Assembly (NCBI RefSeq): GCF_009914755.1
Contig: NC_060925.1
Reading direction: 5' to 3' (one strand)
Source: the human T2T-CHM13v2.0 reference genome, Homo sapiens
Length of the DNA stretch: 64,000 nt
Within the stretch, counting starts at the first letter, position 1; each line of letters begins with the position of its first letter. The translations under genes and the position numbers were made by a program. The notes beneath the pieces are model-generated. The model was not told the origin of the DNA. It worked only from the letters and a program-made list of their open reading frames with translations, and ran no database searches. Positions 13,941 through 32,210 of this stretch are shown piece after piece.

Positions 13941-14080
13941 TAGCCAGAGTTTTTATAAATTTGTCAATGTGAAATAAATACTCCTCAAAGTTTTAATTTT
14001 CAATATTTGATTACCAATGAGATTGAGCACCTTTTCTCATTTTGCTGACAATCAGCATTTCCTGTTCTATGAAGTACCTC

Positions 14081-14373
<293 letters not shown>

Positions 14374-14399
14374 TTCTTTTTAACCAATTTTAAAAATTA

Positions 14400-14693
14400 G
14401 GCCAGGCGATGTAGCTCATGCCTGTAATCCCAGCATTTTGGGAGGTCGAGGCAGGCAGATCACTTGAGGTCAGGAGTTTGAGACTAGCCTGGCCAACACG
14501 GTGAAACCCCGTCTCTACTAAAAAAAAATACAAAAATTAGCCGGGCGCACTGGTGTGCACCTGTAATCCCAACTACTTGGGAGGCTGAAGCAGGAGAATT
14601 ACTTGAACCCAGGAGGCGGAGGTTGCTGAGTAGAGATCGCGGCACTGCACTGCAGTCTGGGCGACAGAGTGAGACTCCATCTCAAAAAAAAAA
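14400..14693 (+). mobile_element. AluS
   Basis: Full dimer with A-tail. Confidence 0.9.
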
Positions 14694-15342
14694 TTGAATT
14701 ATCTTCTACTAACTGATTTGTAGATAATATCTGTACTAATCTACTGTTTTTTATTTTTGTAACAAATGTCTCTTTCTAATTTGTGCATTGTTTTTTCATT
14801 TCTTTAAGGTGCCCTTTTATGAACAGAGTTCTTAATCTTAAAGCAGCTAAACTTCATAAACTTTTCTTTTTTGCTTGTATCCTGCATTTCCCACTCAAGA
14901 AAGCATTCCCTTATCTGTGTTTTAGCATTTTGCATTTCTACATTTAAGTATTTAACCTATTTGACGTTGGTTTTTGTGTATGCTGTGAGTAGTAATACAT
15001 TTTAAAAACAAGAAACTATAGTGTTAGTGTCATGTGTTGAATAGTTTATATTTCCCTACTAATCTTCAAAGCTAGACTTTTTATGAATCAAGTTTCCAAA
15101 TATATAACCTAATTTGTGGCTCCTTGTTTTATTCTACTGGTCAATTTGTCTATCCCTTTACCAATATTATACTGCCTAAATTATTATAATTATATAATAA
15201 TTTAAAATATCTAATAAGTTCTCTCTTGCTCTTCTTCAGCAATACCTTGGCTATCATGGCCTTTTTCTCTTCTATACAAATCTTGGAAGAAGCTTGTCAC
15301 TGCTTCTTTCTACACTCACAAAACTTGATTGAAATTTGTTAG

Positions 15343-16407
<1,065 letters not shown>

Positions 16408-17545
16408 TAAATTTGTTAGATTTACTCTTAAATACCTTTTTTACAAAATATTTTTAAATTATATATGTGTAGTTATTTATTTTTAAAAAGAATTTGTTTC
16501 CATACATAGAAGTACAATTAATTTTTATATTTTTATTTCTATTTGGGAAACCTAAACTTTCTTATTAATTCTCAAAACTTACGTGTATTTTCTCTTGGAT
16601 TTCCTGTATTAACAATTTATTTCATTCTAGCCTTTATACTTTCATTTTTTTCTTACATACTCTAGTAACTAGACCTCTAGTCCAGTATTGTATAGAGATG
16701 ATGATTATGGAAAACTTTGTGTTTTCCTGATTTTTAAAAGAAAGTAGTTTGAACAGTTCACCATTAAGTTGTTGGTTTTTTGTAGATCTCCTTTATCAAG
16801 TTAAGGGATTCTTCTTTTATTTGTAGTTTGCTTTGAGTTTTTATCTTTAATAAATATTGAATTTTATCAAATGTTTTCCCTACATTGATTTAGAGGATAA
16901 TATAATTTTTCTCACAAAGAATGCTGAGCATCCTCTTTCACCTTAAAGACATTTACTGAATGGGGTGAATCTGAATTTCAGTTTTCATGTCCCTGCTAGC
17001 ATAGGGGGAAAGTCACAAAGCCCAGGGCTTAGTGCTGGCATGCAAAATAGATATATCCTTATCATTAACCTTATCTACAAATAAATGCATCGCATAGAGG
17101 AGTGCAAGGAAAATTGCAAGTCTTACTTCAATGTATAACTAAAGAGGAAAAAAAATCTCTCTTGAAAATTCATGATCATAAACCAACCTTACTGTGTTTT
17201 CAGCAAGAATTCACACACTCTTAATGGTCTAAAGAGTCCAAGATAAGAATCTAGTTACACTGGTCCTCATTTGTGCCTTTTGAATCAAAAGAAAATCCCC
17301 CTATGAGAGTGCAACCTTATCCTATCCCTCTAAGAATTCTCACAGATAAAATTCCAGGAGTATACGCCCACAGTTAGAAATCACAAACACACTGGAAAAA
17401 AAAGGGAGGGTAAGTGAGCAAGAATTAGATGAAAAAAGATTAAATGCAGAATCAGACTCATAAAAGACTTCAAACTTTGGAATTCTTTCATTCTTTTTTT
17501 GCCCTTTTGCTTTTTTATTCTCAATCTCTTTTGCATGTAAAACTA

Positions 17546-17885
<340 letters not shown>

Positions 17886-17976
17886 TTAATTTCATTGTTA
17901 ATAACATGTAAGCACTTCTTTGTGATAAAGTTAGAAATTAATAATACAGAAAAGTTTAACCTGTAAACTAAACCTA

Positions 17977-18504
<528 letters not shown>

Positions 18505-18619
18505 CTAAAAATGATACATATTATAAATTATTAGAATATGTTTTATTTGTGTAGCACATTTTTGCCCAAATCTCCAGGACTTTCAACTTTATATTTCTGT
18601 TTTGAAATTTTTTTAGAAA

Positions 18620-18911
18620 GGAGTTGTGTTCTCACTTGATCCCAAGCCCCTGATGGTGCTTATAGTGGGCAGTGGGCCAAAGCTGAGCTAATTGTAGTCT
18701 GTCCCTATAATTTTTTAAACTGGAATTGTGGAACAGACTTTTAGGCAAAGGGAGAATATATCAATTGATGTATCCCAAGCAAGGCTGATTCTGAGCCTTA
18801 ATTCCAGTTATTAAACTTCCTAGGGATCCATGAACCAGTAAATTGCCTGTGCTGAAACTTATTTGAGTTGAGTTTCTGTAACTTGCAGCCAAAATGGTCC
18901 TGATAACTACA
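18620..18911 (+). mobile_element. Old MaLR LTR remnant (MLT1J/K/L-like)
   Basis: 3' end tttgagttgagtttctgtaacttgcagccaaaatggtcctgataactaca resembles MLT1 termini. Confidence 0.5.
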
Positions 18912-19376
18912 CTTACATAAAGAAAATTAAATTCTGAGATGGTTTCCTACATGCTGATAGTCATAGAAGACAATGAATTAATAATACCTTTAATACCTTT
19001 TCCACCAAATAGAAGGGAATTGGGAAGAGTTTCTGGGTGAGTTAATTTGAAGCCTTGCCTTGACTAGAGTGTACCACCTTCCTCTGTTTTATTCCAGAGG
19101 CAAGTCGAAGGAAAAAGGATTGCCCACAGTTACTTCTTATGGTAAGGTTAGGACCACCAGTATTTTGACAATTAAGGTTCTGTATCTAGAGGGATTCCAT
19201 TAGGAAGCCCTTCCTGGATATAATATTATTTTCCAATTACTTTCTTCTTGAGCGTTCACATGACCTCAAAAGCAATGAAAGGGACTGACATTTAGGGGTA
19301 GAACATAATAATTATTGAGCATTTTACTCTATGTTAGGTACCTGGTTGGTCGATTTAAATTTATTTTCTAGTTAAG

Positions 19377-19760
19377 TGGTATGGGCTGAATTGTGTCGTC
19401 TCAAATTCATGTGTTGCTGTCCTAACACCTAGTACCTCAGAGTGTGACTGTATTTGGAGACAAGGTCTTTAAAGAGTACACTAAGATTGAATGAGGTCAT
19501 CGGGGTGGCCCCAATGCCATATGACTGGTGGCCTTATAGGAAGGGAAGATTAGGACACGGACACACACAAAGGAACAACATGTGAACACATGGGAGATGA
19601 TCGCCATCTACAAGCCAAGGAGAGAGGCCTCAGAAGAAACAATCCTGCTGACACCTTACTCTTGGACTTCTAGCTTCCAAAACTGGGGGAAAATTAGTTT
19701 CTGTTGTTTAAGTCGCCCTGTCTGTGGTATTTGTTATGGCAGCCCTAGCAAATGACTACA
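19377..19760 (+). mobile_element. MLT1B solo LTR (ERVL-MaLR)
   Basis: atgggctgaattgtgtc...gccatctacaagccaaggagagaggcctcagaagaaac...gttatggcagccctagcaaa; 5-bp TSD TTAAG (19372-19376 / 19761-19765). Confidence 0.88.
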
Positions 19761-20035
19761 TTAAGTTATATGTATTCACCTTACTCAGTACTAGTCAGTC
19801 ATGAAGGGCTGGCCAATCTAACCCTAAAATACATTTCAAATGTCTGCTCTCCTCTCTCTTCCTTCCATTACTATCTTAGTTTAGGCTTTATTTGTTTTAC
19901 TTGAAATATTCCAATAACCTTCAGTTTCTCTTCATTCTAATAAAACCATTCATACTCATGATGGCAAACACATTAGATTGTGAGGTTGCTGAGAGCAACG
20001 TGTGCTTTGCACTGTCTACTTAATCCAGATGGAGT

Positions 20036-20195
20036 CCATGGTTCCCAAACTTGACTGTGCATCAGAATTTTGGGTGGCATTTTTTGAGTTACAGATTTTC
20101 AGGCTCCTGACCATGTCTATTGAATCAGAATCTGTAGGCATGTGGGCTAAAATATTGGTATTTTTAATATGTTCACAAGTTGATCTTATGAGCAG
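20036..20195. mobile_element. MER5-family remnant
   Basis: ggttcccaaactt...gcatcagaat...tgaatcagaatct. Confidence 0.55.
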
Positions 20196-21790
20196 TATAC
20201 ATCGTTGCTTATTTTTGCCCATCTTTTTATTAATAATCATGTGACAGTGTCTTCCACCATTGTTAGCTCAGTGTTTAGTACTATGTCATTCATTATCACA
20301 GTAGTTTTTGGAATAATAAATTTAATTACACTTTTTTGAAGTAAAACAGTGATTCTTTTACATTGATTACATATTTCAATAATTTTCTTGTTGAAGTTAT
20401 GTTTATATATAACATATATATATGTTATGTTATATGTTATATCCCATCTTGTCAGAAGCTATAAAAATGTCACAAGTATACTTTTATATGTATAATAGTA
20501 ACAAAAGATGACACCTACCCAATTTGTTTACTATAAAACTGATAAGTAGGTTTCAGCACTAGGATGTCCCCTTCAATATGTCCCTAATTAAGTGAATAAA
20601 ATTTGGAAAAAGCTGGCAGAAACATTTATTTCTCTTGTAGTTGTTTTGTGGCCTAACACTATTCATATCGATATAAATTGTGTGGTAAGACCACAAGTAA
20701 AAGACAACATACAGTTCACCTTGGAAAAGGAGGAGGTAATGTCTGAAATTTTATCTGGTCCCCCATATTATAAGCTCAATTTATGCTTATCATTTAATAA
20801 AAATTGAAAACTTAATACTCTGAAAAAAAAACACACTGCTTTTCTTACTTTAAATATAAAATGTCTCCAATGCTGAAGCAGCGGGTCTTTGTGTCTACTC
20901 ATAGAGAGGAAAGCATGATCCTAGAAAAGGGTAACAAATAATGGCATTCGGTCCTCCCAGATAAACTCTGCTGTAGTCTGTGCTGTACTTGAAATCAAAG
21001 GCAGATCTTCTGACTATACTTAGACAACAAAAAGAAAAGTTGCTGAATATATCTGCCAAAGTGATTATTTCAATACATATTTGTTTTGAACCTATTATAC
21101 CAAACATTATATAATCTGGGGAGATCAAAAGAGACATGATTCTTGCATTTGTGGAGCATTCAGCTTGGGTAATAGAGGTCCTGGTTTTAAAAAAAAAAAA
21201 AAAGTGTGATGTTTACAGGAGCCTAAAATGGAGGCAAAGAGACAGAGTGTGTGAGAAGAAGTCATGCCCAAATGACACTTCCTGGAGGGACCAGTTACTC
21301 TGTGCTCAGATGTCAACAGCCAGGAGCACTCTGGGACTTGAGCAAGCAAATAAGCATGACATTTCAGTTCAGTCTTTACTGTCCATGCATACCTTGTAAA
21401 AAGGTTGGTACAGAAACTAAATATTATCCTTGGGCTACTTCTCCTTTTCTAAATGTATACATTCATGTATTCATTCAACAAGTATTATATTAAAAGTTTT
21501 TCTAAAATAAGGCCTTTTTAGCTGATTGAAAGGCCTCAGTATGAAGTGATATACGAACTAACTACCTAGTCCTTGGGTTACTTTTTTCTGGTACCTATTT
21601 TAAACATTCTGGATCTTTCAGATTATAATCTTGACCACAAGTAATGATTTACTATCAGTGCTTCCAAATTTGGGTTAGCATCATCAGGAATGGGAAGCTC
21701 ACTACTTCTTCTATCATGATATTACCTCTGAAAAATTCTGACTATAAGTGGTTGTGTTTTTAAATGGAACTGTGCCTCAGAGTACCTTAA

Positions 21791-22090
<300 letters not shown>

Positions 22091-22349
22091 AGTAAGATTT
22101 TTATAAAATTAAAATAGGCATAGTAAAGAGGATTTGGGAAATTGAAGAAACAGATAAAGAAAACATTGCCATATTCCCAGTACCCAAGTACAACCACTCT
22201 TAACATTGTAATAAATATTTCTAGTGTTTTTACTATGTGTTGCTTTGATTCTTTGTTAGTTTATATAATTTGGTCATCACATGTAAACATGCACATACAT
22301 ATACATACACAATACAACTTAGATCCCTGCTGGTGGGAGAAATCTTCTA

Positions 22350-22600
22350 TAGAGGATAAGTTAACAGGAACTGGAGAAAGATTGACCTGGGCTCCAATTC
22401 AAGCATTATCACTTGCTGGTTTTTATTGCCTTAGACATATTTCTTATGTCTCTCAGACTCATTTTTCTTATCTATAACATTAAAATAACCTAGAACCTAC
22501 TTCTTAGGCTTATTGCTAGCAGTAATTAACGTAATTAACACTGTCGCTAGCACAGTGTCTAGTAAATAATAAATTCTTAATGATGTTTAAATTATTATGC
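22350..22600 (+). mobile_element. MIR
   Basis: Degenerate MIR core and 3' end. Confidence 0.5.
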
Positions 22601-23092
22601 ATACTACTCTGATATAATCATCAAATATAAAAATTTTCAGGCTAAAAATTCCCAATTCTTTCAGCTTTCTCTCACATGAAATAGTTTTAAGTCCTCTTAC
22701 CATTCAGGCTGCTGACTCCTAGGAGTTCTATATTCTTCCCATCTATATCTTCTGTAAAATAATACTTCCAGAACTGAGCATGGTAATCTAAACAATTTGA
22801 AATAGAGTTAGATTATATTCTCCATTATTCTATACACATCCTAAATTTATTAATGCAGCCTCAATCACTTCTTCTTTTGTTTGTTGTTTGCTTTTGTAAT
22901 TGTATTATACCACTAATTCACTGCCAAGTAAAGTTCCTCATTTTTTCCCCCAGGAGTACTGTTGCTAAGTCACATATCCCTTAAACTAAATTTAGGCAGT
23001 TGGTGTTTTGGTCCCAAGGCAAGACCCTACAATTATTCCAACCAAAAGATGTATTTTTAGAGTTTGTTCATCTTTTTGTTGTTAAAACATTT

Positions 23093-23372
23093 GGCTGGGC
23101 ATGGTGGCTCACACCTGTAATCCCAGCACTTTGGGAGGCAGAGGCAGGTGAATTGCCTGACTCCAGGAGTTTGAGACCAGCCTGGGCAACATGGTGAAAA
23201 CCCATCTCTATAAAAAATCAGCCAGGTGTCATGGCACATGCCTGTAGTCCCAGCTACCCAGGAGGCTGAGGTGAGAGGATCACCTGAGCTCAGGAGGCAT
23301 AGGCTGCACTGACCTGTGATCATGCCATTGCACTCCAGCCTGGGTGACAAGTGAGACTCTGTTTCAAAAAAA
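23093..23372 (+). mobile_element. AluJ
   Basis: J-type right arm. Confidence 0.88.
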
Positions 23373-23569
23373 TTTTTAAATGGATATTTGGACCTTGATT
23401 TTATCATCTAATGTATTTTCTCACCTTCCCTAGCTCATGTAACCTATGACCTATTTTTAATAGGCATGCCTTCTCATAGCTTTATCTCAGTCACTGATAT
23501 GTTCACATTAGACAAGGCCAAAGACAAAGGTCTGTGGTATACCCCTTGAAAAGCCTTCCTCCAGACTGA

Positions 23570-23940
<371 letters not shown>

Positions 23941-24419
23941 TTACTATCCCTAAACCTGTATTTCTCCATCTTGTTCGCAAGGACATAAATAAAGTCCTTA
24001 TTAAATGCTTTGCTAGAATCTAGAGATCTGTATATCTATTGTTCTGATATACTAGCTTTACTCTGACAGAAAAGAACATCTAAGAGTAGGCTGAACAGCT
24101 TACTCTTTTGGAATTTAGACTTTTTCCTAATAACCACCTTAAAAAATGTTGATGACATCGTCTTTTATAATAAATATTATATAAGCTATTCCCCACCGCT
24201 CACTGCCACCAAGCAACATCCATTTCATGGATCGAAAGTTTGCAGACTGACATTTTTTGAACATACGGCATTCCTCTCCAATGTCTCCCTCCTCCCCATT
24301 TTTCAAAGGTAATCATTTGAATATTTCATAATCTCATTTAGAAGTTCTCCTTGTAATAATTCATAGCGGTCAAGAGACGTTTTGGCAGCTATACCAGTCA
24401 AGTTTCCCCAGTAGGGCAT

Positions 24420-24630
24420 ACAGGTGAAGTTTTCATACTTTGTACCTAAGTTCTTGCTGCAAATCTTAGCTCTACACGTTTGTAGTTGTAGGATCTTGGG
24501 CAACTTATTCAACCAAATAGTAACATATGTTTTATAGGGCTGCTATGATGATTAAGTGAACAAGTGCATATAAATACTTAGTATATACTTTATATCCTTA
24601 TTTATCCTCAGTAAATGCTATCTACATTAT
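24420..24630 (+). mobile_element. MIR
   Basis: gatcttgggcaacttattcaacc...tagggctgctatgatgattaagtga. Confidence 0.55.
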
Positions 24631-24679
24631 AATCCCTTTATTTTGTCTTTCAATTTTTAGTTAATGTCCAATGGTCTTG

Positions 24680-24990
24680 ACTTCATTTGTCACATATTTA
24701 TTGAGTAGTACTTGGTACATACAAGGCCCTAGAGATAAAGTAGTGAACAAATCAAAGTACCTGCATTCATGGAGCTTACATTCCACTACAGGAAAAAAAA
24801 CAAAAACGAAGACACTGAAGTATGTAAAATAATGGCAATCAGTGATGGGAAGAATGAAATGTCTAAGGGGTTCGAGAAGTCTGAGAGAACTCTTAGAAAG
24901 GGTGGTCAGGGTCCTCTCTGAAGTGGTGACATATGACCAGAGATATGACTGAACCAACAGGAAGAAACATAAAAGAATAAAGATGCTTTG
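24680..24990 (-). mobile_element. L2 3' fragment
   Basis: atatttattgag...gtgaacaa...cctgcattcatggagcttacattc. Confidence 0.65.
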
Positions 24991-25909
24991 CTTTCTCTTT
25001 TTCATGAATGAATTTTATGTCTTCAACTTAAAAAAAATGAGTCCATTCCTTTATTGATTGCCCTCCTCATTTCATACTAAGGAAAAGCATTTTCGGTTCT
25101 CTTTAGCATATTTCACAAGCCATAGCTCATTCTGTGCTTTAGTCTTGCTAAATTTTTATAGGTCTATTCTACCTTCATATATTTATGCTTGATTATGTTT
25201 CCCCTTTTACTATCTTTTGCATATGCTGTTTTAAATTCAGAGCCTGTCAGTAAGTCCCTGTGCAGCACACTGGTTTCTTTAGTTTCCTCCCCATTTTCTT
25301 GCTCATTAGAATCATTTGTGTTTGCATAGGCAGAACACAGCTTAAATCAAACTCTAAGAGCATATGGTTGCTTTTCCCCAAGGTTCCAATCATTTCCATT
25401 TTACCTACCGGTTTCTGTCAGAATGGGTCCTGAGCAGGAGTTCCCCTTAATGCTTACTCTGCCTTCTGGGAAATGAAATTATCAGCAAGGCCGGTCAAGA
25501 AATTGTCACTATTTTGCTTTCTGAGGTATGAAAGTTTCTGCAGATACTTGGAGACTTAAATCCCTAACACTAAGATATGTTGCAGCTCTGCCAACACATC
25601 TGAGGTCTCCACTAGAAAAGCATCCTATCTTTCCTTCTGACCAGAAAGTCTGTAGTGCAGTCACATAGCGCTATCACTTCTGTGTTTCTCATTTTATGTT
25701 CGTCTAGATTTTTATCCAGTGTTCCTCCATCTACAGGTTCTTGGATTTACATGTACATTCATAACTTCTAACCAGCAAGGACTATATACCTGCCTTCCAA
25801 TCAGCTTGATTGAATTATAATTAAAATAAATTGGATTAAAAATTAATTGTTTATATGACCAAATTCTATGCCCAGAAAACCAGAACATTCCCCTTCAGTT
25901 TAATATTAA

Positions 25910-26320
25910 CAAGCAGCATGAAATAGTAGAAAGCTTTGGGATGGAAGGTGGATTCTATTCCTGACCAAGCCATGTACTAGCTGGGAGACTTCCTACAAGC
26001 TGCAGATTCATCATGTATCAGAACTGAAGGACCCTTAATGGTGAAAAATCTGGACCCTCTACTCATCTACTGATGAGCAAATTGTGGCCTAAAAGGTTAA
26101 ATGACTTGCTTAAAGTGTCACAGCTAGTTGGCAATAGTATCATGACTGCAAGATAGGGTTCTTTTCCTTAGGTCAGTAAGTTTCATCCCAATATGTTATC
26201 TTCCATTAATAGCGCAAAGATTTACTTCTATGAAATGGAATAATAATATCTGCCCTTTCTACCTTATAGGGTTGTTGTGAGATAAGACGTATATAATAAT
26301 AATGGTTGTGTAAGGTGGTA
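25910..26320. mobile_element. Cluster of MIR fragments in both orientations
   Basis: gatgagcaaattgtggcc...ggttaaatgacttgc...cacagctagt (-) and aaatggaataataata...tagggttgttgtgag (+). Confidence 0.55.
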
Positions 26321-28593
26321 TTGTAATGATTTTAATGATTTAATCTGTAGGTTTCCTGGACTTTTTCCTTCTCATTTAAGTGATATGCATTTGAAATATT
26401 AATCTGTGTTGAAATGTGCTTACTTTGTTGTAGGTTTACAATGAATTGCAGGCTATGTCCCCCCACAGAATAAAGAGCTTTTGGCATCCCTAAGACCAGG
26501 GTGGTAATCCTTGTTCTGTTATTCAAGGGATGCATGACAATACATCCTCTTAACCTTTCTGATTTTAGTTTTCTCATTTGTTAAAGGGTTAAATATTTCT
26601 ATCTCTTACAGTTGTGAGCATTGATACAGAAAAGCTAAATATCAGTGGCTGTTTTTGTTTTACTTATTTATTTATTTTCTCTTTTCCTCCTCCCTCTGTC
26701 TATGAGCTGCTTGATGCCAGACACTATTTATATTTATTTATCTTTGTATTCCTAGAGTCTGGCACTCAATAGCTACACAGTATGTTTGTTGAAGGAATTA
26801 TTTACCAAGGTGAATAACATGGAGTGGGTCTGAGGGTGGCAGCATTTTGTAGGTCAATGTTTTCCCATCTCTACTCTTAAGACTACAACATTGAGCTTTG
26901 TGGAGGTGCTGCAGGACCTGCCGTAGTGACAAGGGTGTAGCTGAAGTTTAATTCTGCCCCCTATCTTGCTTTAATCAGTGCAGATATACTTGTTCCTCAT
27001 TAATATGTAGAACTGTTTTTAGAGGAAAAGGTTTTTCAGCTAAAAAAAAAGGTTGAAATGAGATCTGTAGCTAAACAGAATCTAGGCTTTAAAAGGAGTT
27101 TCAAAAATGCAGCTTTAAATACTTCTTTTACTGTTACGCACCTTAAGCCAACCAACATCTCTATATCAGAATTTCCTTGTTATCACAGGACTGATAGCAT
27201 TTCAGGTTGGTTACAGATGGGAGGAAGATATCACATACACACCTGCGATTTCCCAGTGTATTTAGCCAAGGATATAGAACTTGGATCCAGGTGACCATGG
27301 GTATCAGAAGCAGGTGCATGCAGATAAAGCATATCTTGGCTTGATTTTTCTTTTCCTCTGGTTCCTCTGGGTCACACAATTGCCAGGGACACTACTGCCA
27401 GCATTGAAAGACACAATTTTAAAAACTCAAACTTGTTACTCTGGAAGCATTTATATTTCACGGCCTAGGCACTTCCATGCAAGGAAATGTTTGCACATAT
27501 AGGCTCTCCCACTTGTAGAACCAAATTGGCACAAAGAAGAAAACCTCCTGCAGACAGGATGGGGAAGAGCAGACAAAGTCAGAGCCATGGGTCCCTAAAT
27601 AGTGTCTCTGCTTCCAGCTCCCAGTGTTCCCGTATTTTTGCAGGTTTGTTTTGAAGATTAAAGCAGGGTAACACTAAAATATTTAATAATGTGTAAATGG
27701 TTGGGCTTGGGCACCAATAGATCAGAACAGATGCTGGTCATAAACTACCAGCAAGCCCTGCCAGTGCCTACCAGCCAAATGCCAGCCTTAAAATAAAGTA
27801 ACATTAAAATGTCCTCACAGTATCTGATACATAAATGGTGCTTGATTAATGTTCATCCCCTACCCTGTTTCCTTCTTCTTATTGAATTAAATCCAGTAAA
27901 ACCAAAAAATGGCAAACTCAAGAGCACACATCTTCAAATAACCTAAGAAGTCAATCGTATTATTTTATCAGTATAATATATTAATGAGGGGGTAATTTCT
28001 AATGCCAGAATTCATTTTTTGGTCTACAGTAAAATGGATATACTTTAAAAAATTAATTATAAACTATTTCCTGCATTAGAACCTAGCTGTTAACTAGTAA
28101 TAGATGTTAGTTACACCCAGTGAGCCTATTCTCTGTCTCTTCAAAGTTTACCATTTTTCCTGCAAGAAAGGGTTAATTCTCTCAGGTGCTTTGAAGCCGT
28201 GTTTCTCTGGAGTTGATAGTGGAAAGGGAGACCACTCTATCACAACCACTTGAGTCTTTATCTCCACTTCCCCAAGACATTCCAGAGATTTTGATATCCT
28301 CCTTCCTGTTAAGAATCTTTGCCAGAATGAGCATTGGAAGTCGGTGTAGGGTTTCTTAGGTAAGTTAGCTTTTTATAAAAAGTTCAGCTAGCCTTTGGAG
28401 AGTTTTACTGGTTGGGAAAGCAGAGCTTAGAAGGAAGGACATCTTTGTAGCCAAAGTGAAACAGGACTGTATCTACCTGAGTATCAAAGAAGACAGGGCA
28501 CAGGGAAGGATCAGAGTAGGGAAGGGATGGAAGGACAAGTAATTGGCCGGCTTTATCATTTAGTGAGTTCTCTCTGGCCTCATCATCAGGTGA

Positions 28594-29030
<437 letters not shown>

Positions 29031-29469
29031 TCTTTATTTGCTTTTTAATTTTCAATTTTTTTATTTTTTCTTTGCCTCTATCTTCTTCTTATTTTTATCT
29101 CTTGTTGTTTGTAAATCTCCTTAAATCCCTTTTAAAATATGAAAGAAAATAAATAAGTAAATAATTAACTCTATAAACATAACTAAGAGTGAGCAGATCC
29201 TTCAAAATGATCATTTAAAACATTAGAAATACAAACAATAATACTAGCATATGTACGATGATAGGACTTTTACGTAGTCAATATAAAGCTATATATTTCA
29301 AAATGAGCTTACAAAATTCTTTGCTATAATACAACACAGGAAGTAAGATAGAATATTCAAAATTGTTTCATATGAGCTTATACAAGTTTAGGTATTTATA
29401 TAACAGCATTATAAAAGTTGTCAACTGTTTCAGGCTATTATACTGTTTTATGCTATTAAAGATACTAAA

Positions 29470-29700
29470 ATAATAGCAAATATTGGAAGAGTTGTTATGT
29501 GCCAGGTACTATCTGTATTAATTCATATAACCCTCACAACAACATTATAAGACACAGGTAATGATCATTCCCATTTTATAAATTAGAAAAAAGCAGTTAA
29601 TTTAAAGTTGAGCTTCCATAACATGCTTAAAAATGCACAGCTTGAAAATGATGAAGCTGAGATCTGAACTTGGGTGGTCTCAATGAAATTCTAAGCTTTT
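29470..29700 (-). mobile_element. MIR
   Basis: tatgtgccagg...cctcacaacaac...cccattttata. Confidence 0.55.
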
Positions 29701-30046
29701 AAGTTATGTTGCTTTTCTAAAAATAAAAAAAAGCATCTTAATATTAACATTAACTAGAGTTAAGTGACCTTACACTTTATTTTATGAGGACTTTTCAGAT
29801 CTTTTCAACAGATCTTTTTCAAGGTAATGGAGAAGAAAACATTAATCTTTAATATAGCTTTTACTTAAAAAAGTAGTATCTGTGACTTCTTTGAAAGCAT
29901 GTGTCAAGTGTTCAGTAGTGGTGTTTCAAAAACTTTTACAGAGCAAAGTAATCTCAAATGGTATTTACCATATTCTTGACTGTAGAATTTTAAATAAGAA
30001 GTGAATATAAAAGATTACAGCTATGAATAGTACTGATTGTAGCCTT

Positions 30047-30350
30047 GGCTAGGTGCAGTGGCTCATGCCTGTAATCCCAGCACTTTGGGAGGCCAAGGTA
30101 GATGGATCACTTGAGGCCAGGAGTTTGAGACCAATCTGGCCAACATGGTGAAACCCTATCTTTACTAAAAATGCAAAAATTAGCAGGGCATGGTGGTGTG
30201 TGCCTGTAATCCCAGCTATTCGGGAGGCTGAGGCACGAGAATCACTTGAACCTGGGAGGTGCAGGTTTTAGTGAGCTGAGATCATGCCATTGCACTCCAG
30301 CCTGGGCGACAGAGTGAGACCCCGTCTCAAAAAAAAAAAAAAAAAAAAAA
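30047..30350 (+). mobile_element. Alu (Sz/Jb-like)
   Basis: Full dimer with poly(A). Confidence 0.9.
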
Positions 30351-31049
30351 TTGCAGCTTCATGGGATGCTTACTAAGCATCAAGAAAAAAATTCCGCTTT
30401 TCAATGTATGTGTTTTGTTAAGGGTCCAAAAATAGTAAAAATGTTTCATTTTTTGGTATGGACACAGATTAAGTTAATTGGTGTTAATTATCCAATTTTA
30501 TGAATTAACTATATCTTTTATCTTTCAATTTGGCAGAAGTAAAAAGGGAGAGAAGACAAAATTTTTGTAAGCTAAATACTATGAATATGAGAAGCTTAGT
30601 TTTACTTTTTTCATTGAGAAGTGTCTTGCTTAGTGGGGGAAAAAAAAGAGAAAATTTCTATTACGAAGGGGATCCAATCATATTTGCCAACATTAGTTTC
30701 CAGGTTGTACAGGGAATTATTTGTGATGATTTTCATTTAAATGGAGTCTATTCCATCAGTTGACAGATATTTGTTTTACTAAAGTTTTAATAGTAAAGTT
30801 GCATAGATAATTATTTAATAAAGTGGTAGGCAGGAGTTTGTGTGCCCTAAGACAAAATTAAGAAAATTACAGTTAATTCAAAGACGTATAAAACTGTTAG
30901 AAAAAGGAGAGGAGTATTTCAATGAGACTACTACAATGTGCACAGAGGGTCTTTTCAGAAATTATATATTACTTAGGATTTTAAGCTAATAATAAAGAAT
31001 ATTATGCAAATGATAAAATTTATAGAAAGCTTTAAAACTAGCATGTTTA

Positions 31050-31366
31050 GGCCAGGTGTGATGACCCACACCTGTAGTCCCAGCACTTTGCGAGGCTGAA
31101 GTGGGAGGATTGCTCAAACCCAAGAGTTCCAGACCAGCCTGGGCAGCATAGGGAGACCCTGTCTGTACAAAAAAATTAAAAATCAGCTGGGCATGATGGT
31201 GCGCACCTGTAGTCCTAGCTACTCAGGCAGCGAAGGCAGGAGGATTGCTTGAGCCCAGGAATTCCAGAGGGCCTTGAGCTATGATCATGCTACTGTATTC
31301 TAGCCTGAGCGACAAAGTGAGACCCCGTGTCTAAAAAAACGACAACAAAAAATCCTTCCAAAACCG
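31050..31366 (+). mobile_element. AluJ
   Basis: 14-bp TSD aactagcatgttta (31036-31049 / 31367-31380). Confidence 0.9.
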
Positions 31367-31429
31367 AACTAGCATGTTTAATATCAATGATTCTCATCTT
31401 GTGGAGATGAGAATTTAAAATGAGTTATA

Positions 31430-31732
<303 letters not shown>

Positions 31733-31899
31733 AGAGTTATATTCCATAGGAAAATGTGTTGGCCTATAATCATGCTAAAAATTTGTATATGAAGATAGAA
31801 AATACAAAAGAAAATTAGGAATAATGATAATATACTAATAACACTCACCAATAAGAAATATAGCATAAAATTTGGCATAATAAAAAGTATTCTTAATTT

Positions 31900-32210
31900 A
31901 GCCAGGTACAATGGCTCACGCCGATAATCCTAGCACTTTGGGAGGCTGACACGGGTGGATCACTTGAGGCCGGGAATTTGAGACCACCCTGGACAACATG
32001 GTAAAACCTTGTCTCTACTAAAAACACAAAAAATAGCTGAGTTGTGGTGCACACCTATAATCCCAGCTAGTCATGAGGCTGAGGCATGAAAATCACTTGA
32101 ACCTGAGAGGCAGAGGTTGCAGTGAGCCAAGATCGTGCCACTGCACTCCAGCCTGGGTGACAGAGTGAGACTATGTCTCAATAAATGTAAATAAATAAAT
32201 AAAAATAAAA
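31900..32210 (+). mobile_element. Alu (J/Sz-like)
   Basis: Full dimer with a (TAAA)n tail. Confidence 0.88.
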